A stretch of DNA of 64,000 bases from Candidatus Eiseniibacteriota bacterium (GCA_963717505.1 OY970342.1:2528001-2592000), one strand, 5' to 3'. Positions 51,134 to 61,174 are shown, counted from the stretch's first letter. Made by a program: numbers and translations. Notes: a model not told the origin generated them from the sequence alone.

Positions 51134-52609
51134 ATGACCGAACGACGACTCCGATTCCCACGCCTTCCGGGGATGGCCGGACTGGTCGCGTGCGTGCTGC
51201 TGTCGCTGGTCGCCGCGTGCGCGACCAATCCGGTGTCCGGCAAGCGCGAGTTCTCGCTGGTCAGCAGCGAACAGGAACTCCAGATGGGACGCGAGGGCCA
51301 TCCCGCGGTCCTCGCCGAGTACGGCGCCTACGACGATCCCGACCTCCAGGCGTACGTCGACAGCGTCGGCCAGTCGCTGGCCCGCGGGTCGCACCTGCCC
51401 AACCTCGAATGGCATTTCACGGTGCTCGACGATCCGGCGGTCAATGCATTCGCGCTGCCCGGAGGCTACATCTACATCACCCGCGGCATCCTCGCGCACC
51501 TGAACTCCGAAGCGCAGCTCGCGGGCGTGCTCGGCCACGAGATCGGACACGTCACGGCGCGGCACTCGGCACAGCGCGCGACCCAGCAGCAGCTCGCCGG
51601 ACTGGGCGTCGGCCTGGCCAGCATCTTCTCGCCGGAGTTCCAGCGATACAGCGGTGCTGCGCAGCAGGCGCTCGGACTCATGATCCTCAAGTACGGTCGC
51701 GACCAGGAAACCGAGGCCGACCGACTCGGCGTCGACTACTCCACCAAGGTAGGGTGGGATCCGCGCGAGATCCCGGCGACCTACCGCACCCTGCGCCGGG
51801 TTGGAGAGAGCAGCGGGCAGTCCCTGCCCACGTTCCTGTCGACGCATCCCGATCCGGGCGATCGTGAGGTCCGAACGCGCGAGCTGGCGAACGCTGCCGC
51901 CGCCGGGCGCACTGGGCTGGTCATCGGGCAGAAGACGTATCTGACGCGGCTCGACGGCGTGGTGTTCGGGATCGATCCGCGGGCCGGGTTCTTCGACGGC
52001 GCCCGGTTCTATCACCCGCAGCTCGACTTCGAACTGGAGTTCCCGGCGGGCTGGCAGACGCGGAACACACGCGCGGCGGTGCTGGCCGCGGCTCCGGACC
52101 AGCGTGCGATCCTTCAATTATCGCTGGTCGAGAGCGGCGGCAAGAGTCCGGAGGGTTACGTGCGTGCGCTCCAGTCGGAGGGCGACATCGTTTCGGCGCG
52201 CGGCGCCCCTGAATCGATTCACGGAGCACCGGCCTGGGTCGGCCGGCTGCTGATCCGGAACGAGGACGGCTCCGAGGGCACGATGGTCGCCGCCTACGTC
52301 CAGCGCGGCGAGCATCTGTTCCAGTTCCTCGGACGCACCGCGGTGGTCGGCGCCGAAGACGAAGCGAAAGTGGTGGCGACCGCCCGGTCGTTGCGCTCGA
52401 TCGTGGACCCGGCCCGGCGTGCCGCGCAGCCGGACGTCGTGGCACTGGTGCGGGCGCCCTCGGCCGGTGCGCTTGGAGACCTGTTGCCGCAACTGGGCCG
52501 GCTGGCGATCGAGCCCGAAGTGTGCGCGCGGATCAACGATCTCGAGCTCGACGAGACCGTGCTCAAGGGACAAACGATCAAGGTCGTGCGTCCGGGCGCC
52601 GGCCGATAG
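51134..52609 (+). CDS. M48-family metalloprotease lipoprotein (BepA/YfgC-like) with C-terminal extension
   Basis: VAAC lipobox, NAFALPGG, HEIGH, QETEAD and LSTHP. Confidence 0.9.
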   Translation: MTERRLRFPRLPGMAGLVACVLLSLVAACATNPVSGKREFSLVSSEQELQMGREGHPAVLAEYGAYDDPDLQAYVDSVGQSLARGSHLPNLEWHFTVLDDPAVNAFALPGGYIYITRGILAHLNSEAQLAGVLGHEIGHVTARHSAQRATQQQLAGLGVGLASIFSPEFQRYSGAAQQALGLMILKYGRDQETEADRLGVDYSTKVGWDPREIPATYRTLRRVGESSGQSLPTFLSTHPDPGDREVRTRELANAAAAGRTGLVIGQKTYLTRLDGVVFGIDPRAGFFDGARFYHPQLDFELEFPAGWQTRNTRAAVLAAAPDQRAILQLSLVESGGKSPEGYVRALQSEGDIVSARGAPESIHGAPAWVGRLLIRNEDGSEGTMVAAYVQRGEHLFQFLGRTAVVGAEDEAKVVATARSLRSIVDPARRAAQPDVVALVRAPSAGALGDLLPQLGRLAIEPEVCARINDLELDETVLKGQTIKVVRPGAGR

Positions 52610-52628
52610 GCGCTGCCGCAGCACGCGG

Positions 52629-52658
52629 TTGACACGCCTCGGACGTGCCGCTTAGTGT
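52629..52658 (+). promoter_or_regulatory. Putative sigma70 promoter of the act operon
   Basis: TTGACA-N18-TAGTGT about 20 nt upstream of actA. Confidence 0.5.
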
Positions 52659-52676
52659 CCCGCGGGCCTTCGACCT

Positions 52677-53207
52677 ATGCGCCGACTATTCGTTCCCCTC
52701 ATCGTTCTCATTTCGCTCGCTGCCGGAACCGCCGCGTTCACGCAGTCGTTCCAGGTTTCCCTGGGACAGGCGCGCGGCCCCGTTCAGCCGATCGCGTTCA
52801 GCCACCGGATCCACGCGGGAACGCTGCAGATGGACTGTCTCTATTGCCACTATGCGGCGGGCAAGTCCCCATCGGCGAACATCCCGTCGGCCGAAACCTG
52901 CATGGGTTGCCACAAGGTGGCCTCGGTCGATCGGCCCGAGGTCCAGAAACTGGCGGCACTCCACGCCAAGGGCGAATCTCCGCAGTGGAACGAGGTCTAT
53001 CGCCTTCCCGATCACGTCAAGTTCAATCACGTGCGCCACGTCAAGGCGGGTGTCGCTTGCCAGACCTGCCACGGACCCGTGCAGGAGATGGATGTCGTCT
53101 ATCAGTACTCGTCGCTCAAGATGGGTTGGTGCATCGACTGTCACCGGAAGAACCTGAACCATCCAGAGTACCCGTCGTCCATGGACTGTCTGGTCTGTCA
53201 CCACTGA
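52677..53207 (+). CDS. actA: Alternative complex III pentaheme cytochrome c subunit
   Basis: QPIAFSHRIH and five CxxCH motifs (CLYCH, CMGCH, CQTCH, CIDCH, CLVCH). Confidence 0.9.
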   Translation: MRRLFVPLIVLISLAAGTAAFTQSFQVSLGQARGPVQPIAFSHRIHAGTLQMDCLYCHYAAGKSPSANIPSAETCMGCHKVASVDRPEVQKLAALHAKGESPQWNEVYRLPDHVKFNHVRHVKAGVACQTCHGPVQEMDVVYQYSSLKMGWCIDCHRKNLNHPEYPSSMDCLVCHH

Positions 53208-53240
53208 ACCCATCGACCCCATCGACCCCATGACCGCGAA

Positions 53241-56200
53241 ATGACCGAATCGAACGGCCTGCAACGCCGCGACTTCCTGAAGTTGGTCGGCCTCGGCGCG
53301 ATTGGCGCCGCCGGCTGCGCCCAGCCTTCCGACAAGCTGATTCCGTATCTCGTACCGCCGCGCGACATCGTTCCGGGGATCGGCTACTGGTACGCGAGCA
53401 CCTGCCGTGAGTGTCCGGCCGGGTGTGGAATCTTGGTCAAAGCCCGCGAGGGGCGCGCGATCAAGATCGAGGGCAACCCGGAGCACCCGGTGAGCCGCGG
53501 CGGCGTCTGTGCCCGCGGTCACGCGGGGCTCCAGGCGCTCTACGATCCGGACCGCCTGCGCAGCCCGATGCGGAAAGAGGGCGGCGCCTGGAAACCCACG
53601 ACCTGGGACGAGGCGCTGGCGCTCGCCGCCGGCCGGTTGAAGGCAGCACGCGCCGAAGGCAAGCAAATCGCCCTGATCACCGAGAACGCTACGGGCTCGT
53701 TCGAGACGCTGGCCCGCGAGTGGGCCCGGGCGGCGGGTGGCTCGCACCTGGTCTACGAGCCGTTCAGTTTCCATCCGATCCGCGAGGCCAACCGCCGCAC
53801 GTTCGGGCAGGCGGTGATTCCGAACTTCGACCTGACTCGCGCGCACGGTCTCATGACCTTCGGCGCGGACTTCCTCGAGACCTGGCTCAATCCGGTCGGA
53901 TTCGCCCGGGACTTCGCCGACATGCGCGCGCATCGCGATCGCTGGTTCGTCGCCGCCGAGTCTCGACTGTCTTTGACCGCGGCCAACGCCGATCAGTGGA
54001 TCGCGCTCAGACCGGGCGGCGAGATGTCCCTGGCGCTGGCGATGGCGCACGTGATCCTGGCCGAGGGTATCGGCGCGCCGGTGTCCGAGCGCGGCGCCCT
54101 GATCGAGGCCGTGCGTCCGTTCGCGCCCGAGGCGGTGACCGAGGCCACCGATGTCGACGCCGACACGATTCGCGAACTCGCGCGCCGCTTTGCGCGGTCG
54201 AGCCCGAGTCTGGCCCTGGCCGGGGGTGTGGCGGCGCAAAGCGAGCAGGCGGTGGCCACGGTGTCCGCCGTCAATCTCCTGAACTACGTTGCCGGCAACG
54301 TCGGCCACACCGTGCGCTTCGATCGCACGGCCAACTACGACGCGGTGGCCTCGATGTCGGAGCTCCAGGCGATGGGAACCAGCATGTCGGGCGGCACGGT
54401 CGGCGTGCTGGTCGTCCATGGCGCCAATCCGGTGTACGCGGTGCCGAGCTGGGCTGGCTTCACCGCCGCGATGGATTCGGTTCCGTTCAAGATCTCGCTG
54501 TCCTCGGTCCTCGACGAGACCGCGGAACACTGCGACTTGATCCTTCCCGACCTGCACGCGCTCGAGTCGCTGGGCGACGCCAACCCGGCGCGCGGCGTCC
54601 ACACCCTCGTCCAGCCGACCATGAAACCGCTGCCGATGTTCGACGCGCGACCGGCCGGCGACACGCTGATCGCACTCGCCCGTCAGGCGGGCTTCGGAGA
54701 ATTGGCGCCGAGCTGGACGGAGTACCTGAAGGCGCGCTGGCGCACCGAGCACGCGGATTCCGGCAGCCGGGAATCCTTCGACGCGTTCTGGGACGGAGCG
54801 CTCGCCCGCGGCGGCATGTGGTCCGAGCCCGCCGGGACGCAGCCTCGCTGGCAGGGTGCCCCGACGTTCGCGGCACCCGCCCTGCGCGGCGTCGGGGACC
54901 TGGCACTCATCCTCTATCCGTCGATGTCGATGTTCGACGGGCGCGGCGCCAACAAGGGCTGGCTCCAGGAGATGCCCGACGTCACCACCAAGGCGGTGTG
55001 GGGCTCTTGGGTCGAGATTCATCCCGAGACCGCCCAGTCTCTGGGGGTCGGCACCGGCGATGCCGTGACCGTGACCACCGACGCCGGAAGCGTGACGGTG
55101 CCCGCCTACCTCTACCAGGGCATGCGCAAGGACGCGATCGCCATGCCGCTCGGCCAAGGGCATACGGCACTCGGACGTCTGGCGAAGGGACGCGGCGTCA
55201 ACGCGGTCGGCCTGCTCACCCCGGTCGACGATGCCGGTTCCGGCGCGGTCGCCTACCTGAGCACCAAGGCGCGCCTGAGCCGCGCCACGGAGCCGGTCCA
55301 ATTGGTGCGGACCCAGCGCCACATGGAAATTCACAATCGCGAAATCGCCGACGTCGTGCCGCTTTCGGCGTTGCTCGGCGCCGCTGCGGTCGAGCACGGC
55401 GCGGGCGCGGCCGCCGCCGGTCACTCGGCCGAGGCCAGCGCGGGGCACGGAGGCGCCGCGGGGGGACACGGGGCTTCGGGGGGCGGCTTCCTCGGCCACA
55501 CGCCGGCGCCCGGAAGCCTGATGCTCCACCAGATCCAGTCCAAGCCCGGGCGCTACACCGAGCCGCGAATCCGGGCCGAAGGCGAGAAGACTCCGGCCCA
55601 CGCGGTCAGTGCCTATGAGCCCAAACACGTCGTTCGCTCGCCGCGCCAGATTCCGGTCGACCAGGGCAGCTACGCCAACGCCAAGCATCGTTGGGCGATG
55701 GCCATCGATCTCGACCGCTGCAACGGCTGTAGTGCCTGCGTCGCCGCGTGCAATGCCGAGAACAACATCCCGATCATCGGCCCGGAACACATCAAGCGTG
55801 GTCGCGAAATGACGTGGATCCGCATCGAGCGCTTCGAGGAGAAGATCCAGCCGGGTGGCGCGCACGACGTCCGCTTCCTGCCGATGATGTGCCAGCACTG
55901 CGGCGATGCGCCGTGCGAGACCGTGTGTCCCGTCTACGCGACGTATCACAACCCGGAAGGCCTCAACGCCCAGGTCTACAACCGGTGCGTCGGCACCCGC
56001 TACTGCTCGAACAACTGCCCGTACAAGGTCCGCGCCTTCAACTTCTTCGACTACGCCGCCCCCGAGAAGCCGACCTTCGCGTTCGCCGAGCCGCTCAACT
56101 GGCAGTTGAACCCGGATGTCACGGTCCGCAACAAGGGCGTGATGGAGAAGTGCACGATGTGCGTCCAGCGGATTCTCGAGGGCAAGGGCAAGGCCAAGGA

Positions 56201-56408
56201 CGAAAGTCGCGACGTGCGCGACGGCGAGATCAACACCGCGTGCGCCCAGTCCTGCCCGACCCAGGCGATCGTGTTCGGTGACCTGATGGACCCGGAGAGC
56301 GCGGTGTCGAAGGCGTCGAGCGACGGCCGCCGGTATTGGGTGCTCGGCGAGCTCAACACCAAGCCGGGCGTGACCTACCTCAAGAAGATCCAGCGGGACA
56401 CGGTATGA
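53241..56408 (+). CDS. actB: Alternative complex III subunit B (molybdopterin-oxidoreductase-like plus Fe-S domain)
   Basis: Tat/lipoprotein signal RRDFLK...AAGC; DGRGANKGWLQEMPD; CNGCSACVAAC, CQHCGDAPCETVCP, CVGTRYCSNNCP and KCTMC. Confidence 0.92.
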   Translation: MTESNGLQRRDFLKLVGLGAIGAAGCAQPSDKLIPYLVPPRDIVPGIGYWYASTCRECPAGCGILVKAREGRAIKIEGNPEHPVSRGGVCARGHAGLQALYDPDRLRSPMRKEGGAWKPTTWDEALALAAGRLKAARAEGKQIALITENATGSFETLAREWARAAGGSHLVYEPFSFHPIREANRRTFGQAVIPNFDLTRAHGLMTFGADFLETWLNPVGFARDFADMRAHRDRWFVAAESRLSLTAANADQWIALRPGGEMSLALAMAHVILAEGIGAPVSERGALIEAVRPFAPEAVTEATDVDADTIRELARRFARSSPSLALAGGVAAQSEQAVATVSAVNLLNYVAGNVGHTVRFDRTANYDAVASMSELQAMGTSMSGGTVGVLVVHGANPVYAVPSWAGFTAAMDSVPFKISLSSVLDETAEHCDLILPDLHALESLGDANPARGVHTLVQPTMKPLPMFDARPAGDTLIALARQAGFGELAPSWTEYLKARWRTEHADSGSRESFDAFWDGALARGGMWSEPAGTQPRWQGAPTFAAPALRGVGDLALILYPSMSMFDGRGANKGWLQEMPDVTTKAVWGSWVEIHPETAQSLGVGTGDAVTVTTDAGSVTVPAYLYQGMRKDAIAMPLGQGHTALGRLAKGRGVNAVGLLTPVDDAGSGAVAYLSTKARLSRATEPVQLVRTQRHMEIHNREIADVVPLSALLGAAAVEHGAGAAAAGHSAEASAGHGGAAGGHGASGGGFLGHTPAPGSLMLHQIQSKPGRYTEPRIRAEGEKTPAHAVSAYEPKHVVRSPRQIPVDQGSYANAKHRWAMAIDLDRCNGCSACVAACNAENNIPIIGPEHIKRGREMTWIRIERFEEKIQPGGAHDVRFLPMMCQHCGDAPCETVCPVYATYHNPEGLNAQVYNRCVGTRYCSNNCPYKVRAFNFFDYAAPEKPTFAFAEPLNWQLNPDVTVRNKGVMEKCTMCVQRILEGKGKAKDESRDVRDGEINTACAQSCPTQAIVFGDLMDPESAVSKASSDGRRYWVLGELNTKPGVTYLKKIQRDTV

Positions 56409-57784
56409 GCCTGGTCGTCGAAGAGGTGACTACGACTCCGCCGCCCTCGCCGAGACCGGCCGCCGGCATGACGCAGAAGTCGGTCAACGACGACGTGCTG
56501 CGCCTGATGAGCAAGCCGGGGCGGATCTGGTGGACGATCTTCCTGATCGACCTGGCGATCCTGACAACCGGCTTGATCGCGGAGCGCAACCAGATCGTCT
56601 ACGGCGTCGGCGTCGCCGGGCACACGCGGCCGGTGATGTGGGCCTCGTACGTCGCCAACTTCGTGTTCTGGGTCGGCATCGCCCACTGCGGCACGCTGGT
56701 CTCCGCGATCCTGTTCCTGTTCCGTTCCCACTTCCGGCGCGCCGTGTATCGGGTCGCCGAAGCCATGACCGTGTTCGGCGTGTTGACCGCCGGCTTGTTC
56801 CCGATCCTGCATCTCGGCCGGCCGTGGTTCATGTACTGGCTGTTCCCGTACCCCAACCAGCGCCAGCTGTGGCCGAACTTCCGCTCGCCGCTGGAATGGG
56901 ACGTGTTCGCGGTGACCACCTACCTGACGGTGTCGAGCATCTTCTTCCTGGTCGGCATCATTCCCGACGCCGCGGTGGCGCGCGATCGCGCGAAGAACGC
57001 GATCATGAAGCTGATCTACACCGTGTTCTCGTTCGGCTGGACCGGGTCGAACAACCAGTGGAAGCACTTCTACGGCGCCTACCTCTACTTCGCCGCCCTG
57101 GCCACACCGCTGGTGCTCTCGGTGCACAGCGTTGTGTCGTGGGACTTCGCGATGTCGCAGGTGCCGGGCTGGCACAGCACCATCTTCGCGCCCTACTTCG
57201 TCGCCGGCGCGATCTTCTCGGGCGTCGCGATGGTCATCAATCTGCTGATTCCGATCCGTTCGGCGTTCAAGCTCGAGCACATCGTGACCCTCGATCACAT
57301 GGAGAAGCTGTCCAAGCTGGTCCTGCTGACCTCGACCATCGTCGCCTACTCGTACCTGTCGGAGTTCTTCTGCGCGTGGTACGGGCCGAGCTCGACCGAG
57401 CGCGACCTGTTCTGGTGGCGCGCCACCGGCCACTTCGCCTGGGCGTTCTGGATCATGTTCAGCTGCAACGTGCTCATTCCGCTGGCGCTGTGGTTCAAAC
57501 CGATCCGCCGCAACATGGCGGTGCTGTTCGTCCTGTGCCTGTTCGTGAACGTCGGCATGTACTTCGAGCGGTTCGTGATCATCGTCACGTCGCTGGCGCA
57601 CCCGTTCAACCCGAGCACCTGGGACATCAACTACCGCTTCTCCTGGACCGAGGCGGCGATCCTGGCCGGCTCGTTCGCCTGGTTCTTCATGTTCTTCCTG
57701 ATCTTCGTGCGGCTCCTGCCGGCGATCTCGATCGCCGAGATCAAAGAGACCCTGGCTCCGCCGATGCGGAGGAAGCACGGATGA
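56405..57784 (+). CDS. actC: Alternative complex III NrfD/PsrC-type quinol-binding membrane subunit
   Basis: NFVFWVGIAHCGTLVSAIL, HLGRPW, NFRSPLEWD and SVHSVVSWDFA. Confidence 0.93.
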   Translation: MSLVVEEVTTTPPPSPRPAAGMTQKSVNDDVLRLMSKPGRIWWTIFLIDLAILTTGLIAERNQIVYGVGVAGHTRPVMWASYVANFVFWVGIAHCGTLVSAILFLFRSHFRRAVYRVAEAMTVFGVLTAGLFPILHLGRPWFMYWLFPYPNQRQLWPNFRSPLEWDVFAVTTYLTVSSIFFLVGIIPDAAVARDRAKNAIMKLIYTVFSFGWTGSNNQWKHFYGAYLYFAALATPLVLSVHSVVSWDFAMSQVPGWHSTIFAPYFVAGAIFSGVAMVINLLIPIRSAFKLEHIVTLDHMEKLSKLVLLTSTIVAYSYLSEFFCAWYGPSSTERDLFWWRATGHFAWAFWIMFSCNVLIPLALWFKPIRRNMAVLFVLCLFVNVGMYFERFVIIVTSLAHPFNPSTWDINYRFSWTEAAILAGSFAWFFMFFLIFVRLLPAISIAEIKETLAPPMRRKHG

Positions 57785-58329
57785 TCACGAAGATCCTGGA
57801 GAAGCTGCTGGCCGGTCCGCCGGTGAAGTACCGCGGCGTGATGGGGATCTTCTACTACGTCGACGACGCCGCCAGCACCGTGGGCATGTTGCGGCAGCAG
57901 GGGCACGCGGGCTTGAGCGTGTTCTCGCCGGTGCCGCACCACGACATCGAGCGGGCGCTCGGGCAGGGCCCGTCGCTGGTGCGCTGGGTCACGTTCACCG
58001 GCGGCCTGCTCGGCATCACCGGTGGTTTCGCCCTGTGCATCTACGCGGCCTATTCCTACCCCCTGGTGGTCGGGGGCAAGGAGCTGGTGTCGATCCCGCC
58101 CTTCGTCATCATCGGCTACGAGTCGATGATCTTGCTCGCCGGGCTCTCGAACCTGATCGGGATGTTGGCGCTCGGGCGACTGCCGCAGACCCGGTCGACC
58201 GCGCCCTACGATCCGCGCTTCAGCGAGGATCGGATCGGCATCTGGGTTCCGTGCGACGGGGATCGGGCCAAGCAGGTCGAGCAGCTGATGCGCGGACACG
58301 GCGCCGAGGAGGTGCAGGTCCATGGTTAA
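57781..58329 (+). CDS. actD: Alternative complex III subunit D (DUF3341)
   Basis: FSPVPHH, YPLVVGGK and YDPRFSED; two TM helices; operon position. Confidence 0.88.
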   Translation: MITKILEKLLAGPPVKYRGVMGIFYYVDDAASTVGMLRQQGHAGLSVFSPVPHHDIERALGQGPSLVRWVTFTGGLLGITGGFALCIYAAYSYPLVVGGKELVSIPPFVIIGYESMILLAGLSNLIGMLALGRLPQTRSTAPYDPRFSEDRIGIWVPCDGDRAKQVEQLMRGHGAEEVQVHG

Positions 58330-58876
58330 GCCGCTGCTCGGCGTGGTCTTGATGTCGATCGCGACCATGATGGCGCCGACCAGTCCGTCGACCGGGTGCC
58401 AGCGCGCGGTCAAGGCGCACACCGACCTCGCCTATCCCAAGAACCGCGACATGCGCACCAGCATCGCCCTGCTGTCCCAGCGCGGCTGGTATCGCGCGCC
58501 CGACAGCGCGAGCGTGCCGGTGGGCGGACGCGAGGTGATGGGCGATGCCGCGACCTTCGACGCCTCGTGGACGAATCCGCAGGCGCGAGACGCCGCCTCG
58601 ATCGAGCGGGGTGCGGCCGGTTACGTGCGCGTGTGCACGCCTTGTCACGGCGTCGCGCTCGACGGCAACGGCCCGGTGTGGCAGTCGAAGAAGTTCCTGG
58701 TGCCGATTCCGAACCTGATGCTGGCCACGACGCGCAACCGCACCGATGGCTTCATGTACCGCTACATTCGATTCGGGGGCGCGATCATGCCGAGCTACGG
58801 CGCGCAGGTGTCCCGCGAGGAAGCCTGCGACATCGTCAACTACGTCCGGGACCAGCAGGAGAAGAACCCGCAATGA
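58322..58876 (+). CDS. actE: Alternative complex III monoheme cytochrome c subunit
   Basis: CTPCHG, MPSYG and IVNYVR; operon position. Confidence 0.85.
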   Translation: MVKPLLGVVLMSIATMMAPTSPSTGCQRAVKAHTDLAYPKNRDMRTSIALLSQRGWYRAPDSASVPVGGREVMGDAATFDASWTNPQARDAASIERGAAGYVRVCTPCHGVALDGNGPVWQSKKFLVPIPNLMLATTRNRTDGFMYRYIRFGGAIMPSYGAQVSREEACDIVNYVRDQQEKNPQ

Positions 58877-60150
58877 GCCACGCCGCGACGACCGTGAACC
58901 GCGACGAGGTGTTGCGTGACCTTGCGTCCAAGCTGCCGGGGACGCCCAACGTGCGGAAGCGGCAGATCTGGATCGCCTGCATGGCGCTGGGCGTCACCAC
59001 ATTCGCGTGGCTGTTGTTCACCCAGCCGCAGCGGGCGTGGGGTGCCTACGCGATCAACATGCTCTACTGGCTAGGCGTGGCGCAGGGTGCCGTGATCCTG
59101 GCGTGCGCGATCCGCCTGGCGAACGGCCGGTGGGCGGCGCCGATCCTGCGCATCGCCGAGTCGCTTTCGGCCTACCTGCCGTTCGGTTACGCCACGGTCG
59201 TGGTCATGCTGGTCGCCGGCATCTGGACCTATCTGCCGTGGGTGCAGGAAGTCGAGCCGCGCCAGGCGCCCTATCTCAACGTGCCGTTCCTCTACGCACG
59301 CACGCTGGCCGGGCTCGGACTCCTGTGGTGGCTGTCGCGCGACCTGGTGCGCACCTCGCTGCGCGCCGACGCGCACCTGCTCAAGGATCATGTGACTCCG
59401 GCGCTCAAACCGGCCTATGAAAAGCTGGCCGAGAACTGGCGCGGCGACGAGGCCGAGGCCATGTGGGCGCGCGACCGCCTGGCGATGCGCGCACCGCAGG
59501 TCGTGCTGTGCTACGCGGTGGTGTTCACGTTCATGACCTGGGACTGGGTCATGTCCCTGACCCCCGACTGGGTCAGTCAGATCTTCGGCTGGTGGTTCTT
59601 CATGGGTGCGTTCCTCACCGGCATCGCGATGACTGCGTTCGTCGCCACTCAACTGCGCACCAAGTACCGGCTCGAGGACTACATCACTCCGAACCACTTC
59701 TGGGATACGGGCAAGATCATGTTCGGCATCAGCATCTTCTGGGTCTACCAGTTCTGGTCGCAGTACCTGCCGATCTGGTACGCGAACCTGCCCGAGGAGA
59801 CCTGGTGGGTGTTCCTGCGCTTCGAGGAGCCGTGGCGACCGCTGGCGTTCACCGTGTTCACGTTCGTGTTCCTGCTGCCGTTCCTCGGCCTGATGAACAT
59901 GTACACCAAGAAGAGCCCGTTCTGGCTCGCCCTGTTCAGCCTGATCGTCCTGTCGGGCATGTGGATGGAGCGGCACATCCTGGTGATGCCGTCGCTGAAT
60001 CCAGCCGAGGTCTGGGTCGGATTGCCCGAGGTCGGCGTGACGCTCGGTTTCCTCGGGCTGTTCGGCTGGGCGGTGCAGAGCTTCGTCACCAAGTTTCCGG
60101 TGGTCAAGGTGACCGACGTCTTAGCCGGCCCCGGGGGGCACGGGCACTAG
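58873..60150 (+). CDS. actF: Alternative complex III subunit F
   Basis: YLNVPF, DWVMSLTPDW and SQYLPIWYANLPEET; about ten TM helices. Confidence 0.9.
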   Translation: MSHAATTVNRDEVLRDLASKLPGTPNVRKRQIWIACMALGVTTFAWLLFTQPQRAWGAYAINMLYWLGVAQGAVILACAIRLANGRWAAPILRIAESLSAYLPFGYATVVVMLVAGIWTYLPWVQEVEPRQAPYLNVPFLYARTLAGLGLLWWLSRDLVRTSLRADAHLLKDHVTPALKPAYEKLAENWRGDEAEAMWARDRLAMRAPQVVLCYAVVFTFMTWDWVMSLTPDWVSQIFGWWFFMGAFLTGIAMTAFVATQLRTKYRLEDYITPNHFWDTGKIMFGISIFWVYQFWSQYLPIWYANLPEETWWVFLRFEEPWRPLAFTVFTFVFLLPFLGLMNMYTKKSPFWLALFSLIVLSGMWMERHILVMPSLNPAEVWVGLPEVGVTLGFLGLFGWAVQSFVTKFPVVKVTDVLAGPGGHGH

Positions 60151-60172
60151 CTGAAAGGCTTCGCGAATCCAG

Positions 60173-60212
60173 CGCCCGGACCGCCCCGCAGGCTCCGGGC
60201 GGGTTTTTTTTT
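60173..60212 (+). terminator. Rho-independent terminator of the act operon
   Basis: CGCCCGGA...TCCGGGCG stem followed by GG and T9. Confidence 0.75.
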
Positions 60213-60246
60213 GGGTGCCGATTCGTGGAGATGAACTCGAAGTATT

Positions 60247-60329
60247 GCCGGGATGGCGGAATGGTAGACGCAACGCACTTAAAATGCGTTGGGCGAAAGC
60301 CCGTGCAGGTTCGATCCCTGCTCCCGGCA
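60247..60329 (+). tRNA. tRNA-Leu (TAA), CCA not encoded
   Basis: GCCGGGA/TCCCGGC acceptor stem, anticodon loop CT-TAA-AA, long variable arm GGGC-GAAA-GCCC, GGTTCGATCC T arm. Confidence 0.95.
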
Positions 60330-60356
60330 TGTCTGCTTTGATATCGTGCGTGCCGC

Positions 60357-61058
60357 ATGCGCATCGCCGACACTAACTGGATGCAGGTCGAGCGGCTGCT
60401 CGCTCACGAAGACCGCGCGGTGCTGCCGCTCGGCTGCACCGAGCAGCACGCCTGGCTGAGCCTCGCGACTGATAGCATCCTCGCCGAGCGGGTCGCGGCC
60501 GAGGCGGCGGAGCCGCTCGGCGTGCCGGTGTTCCCGGTCATCGGATACGGCATCACGCCCAACTTCACTGCGTACCCCGGGACCGTCTCACTGCGCGTCG
60601 AAACTCTGATCGCCATCGTGCGTGACGTGCTCGACGGACTCGCGGGACAGGGATTCCGCCGGATCGTGGTGGTCAACGGTCACGGCGGCAACGCTCCGGT
60701 CCGCGGATTCGTGCACGAGTGGCTGGCGGCGCACGCGGGGACGCAGGTCAAGTTCTTCGACTGGTGGAACGCGCCGCAGGTGTGGGCCAAGGTTCAGGAG
60801 ATCGACCCGATCGCATCGCACGCGTCCTGGATGGAAAACTTCCCCTGGACGCGGATCGCGGGGGAGAGCCCACCCGATGTCGCGAAGCCGCCGGTCGACT
60901 ATCCGGCCTGGACCCACCTGGGTCCGCGCGCCGTCCGCGAGCGTCTGGGGGACGGCAACTTCGCGGGTCGCTACCAGCGCTCCGACGCCGAAATGCAGGC
61001 GATCTGGAGAGTGGCCGTGGCCGAGACGCGCGACGTCATCGCCGGTGGCTGGGCCTGA
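60357..61058 (+). CDS. Creatininase-family amidohydrolase
   Basis: LPLGCTEQH, ATD, NGHGGN and SHASWME. Confidence 0.9.
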   Translation: MRIADTNWMQVERLLAHEDRAVLPLGCTEQHAWLSLATDSILAERVAAEAAEPLGVPVFPVIGYGITPNFTAYPGTVSLRVETLIAIVRDVLDGLAGQGFRRIVVVNGHGGNAPVRGFVHEWLAAHAGTQVKFFDWWNAPQVWAKVQEIDPIASHASWMENFPWTRIAGESPPDVAKPPVDYPAWTHLGPRAVRERLGDGNFAGRYQRSDAEMQAIWRVAVAETRDVIAGGWA

Positions 61059-61174
61059 AGGCCGGGGCATGAAAATAACCGGCTCCCCGACCCGAAGATC
61101 GAGGAACCGGCGGGTGCGGCCCCGAATTACTTCTACTCGAGACGGGACTCGGAGCACACCGGTCGATCTAACGT

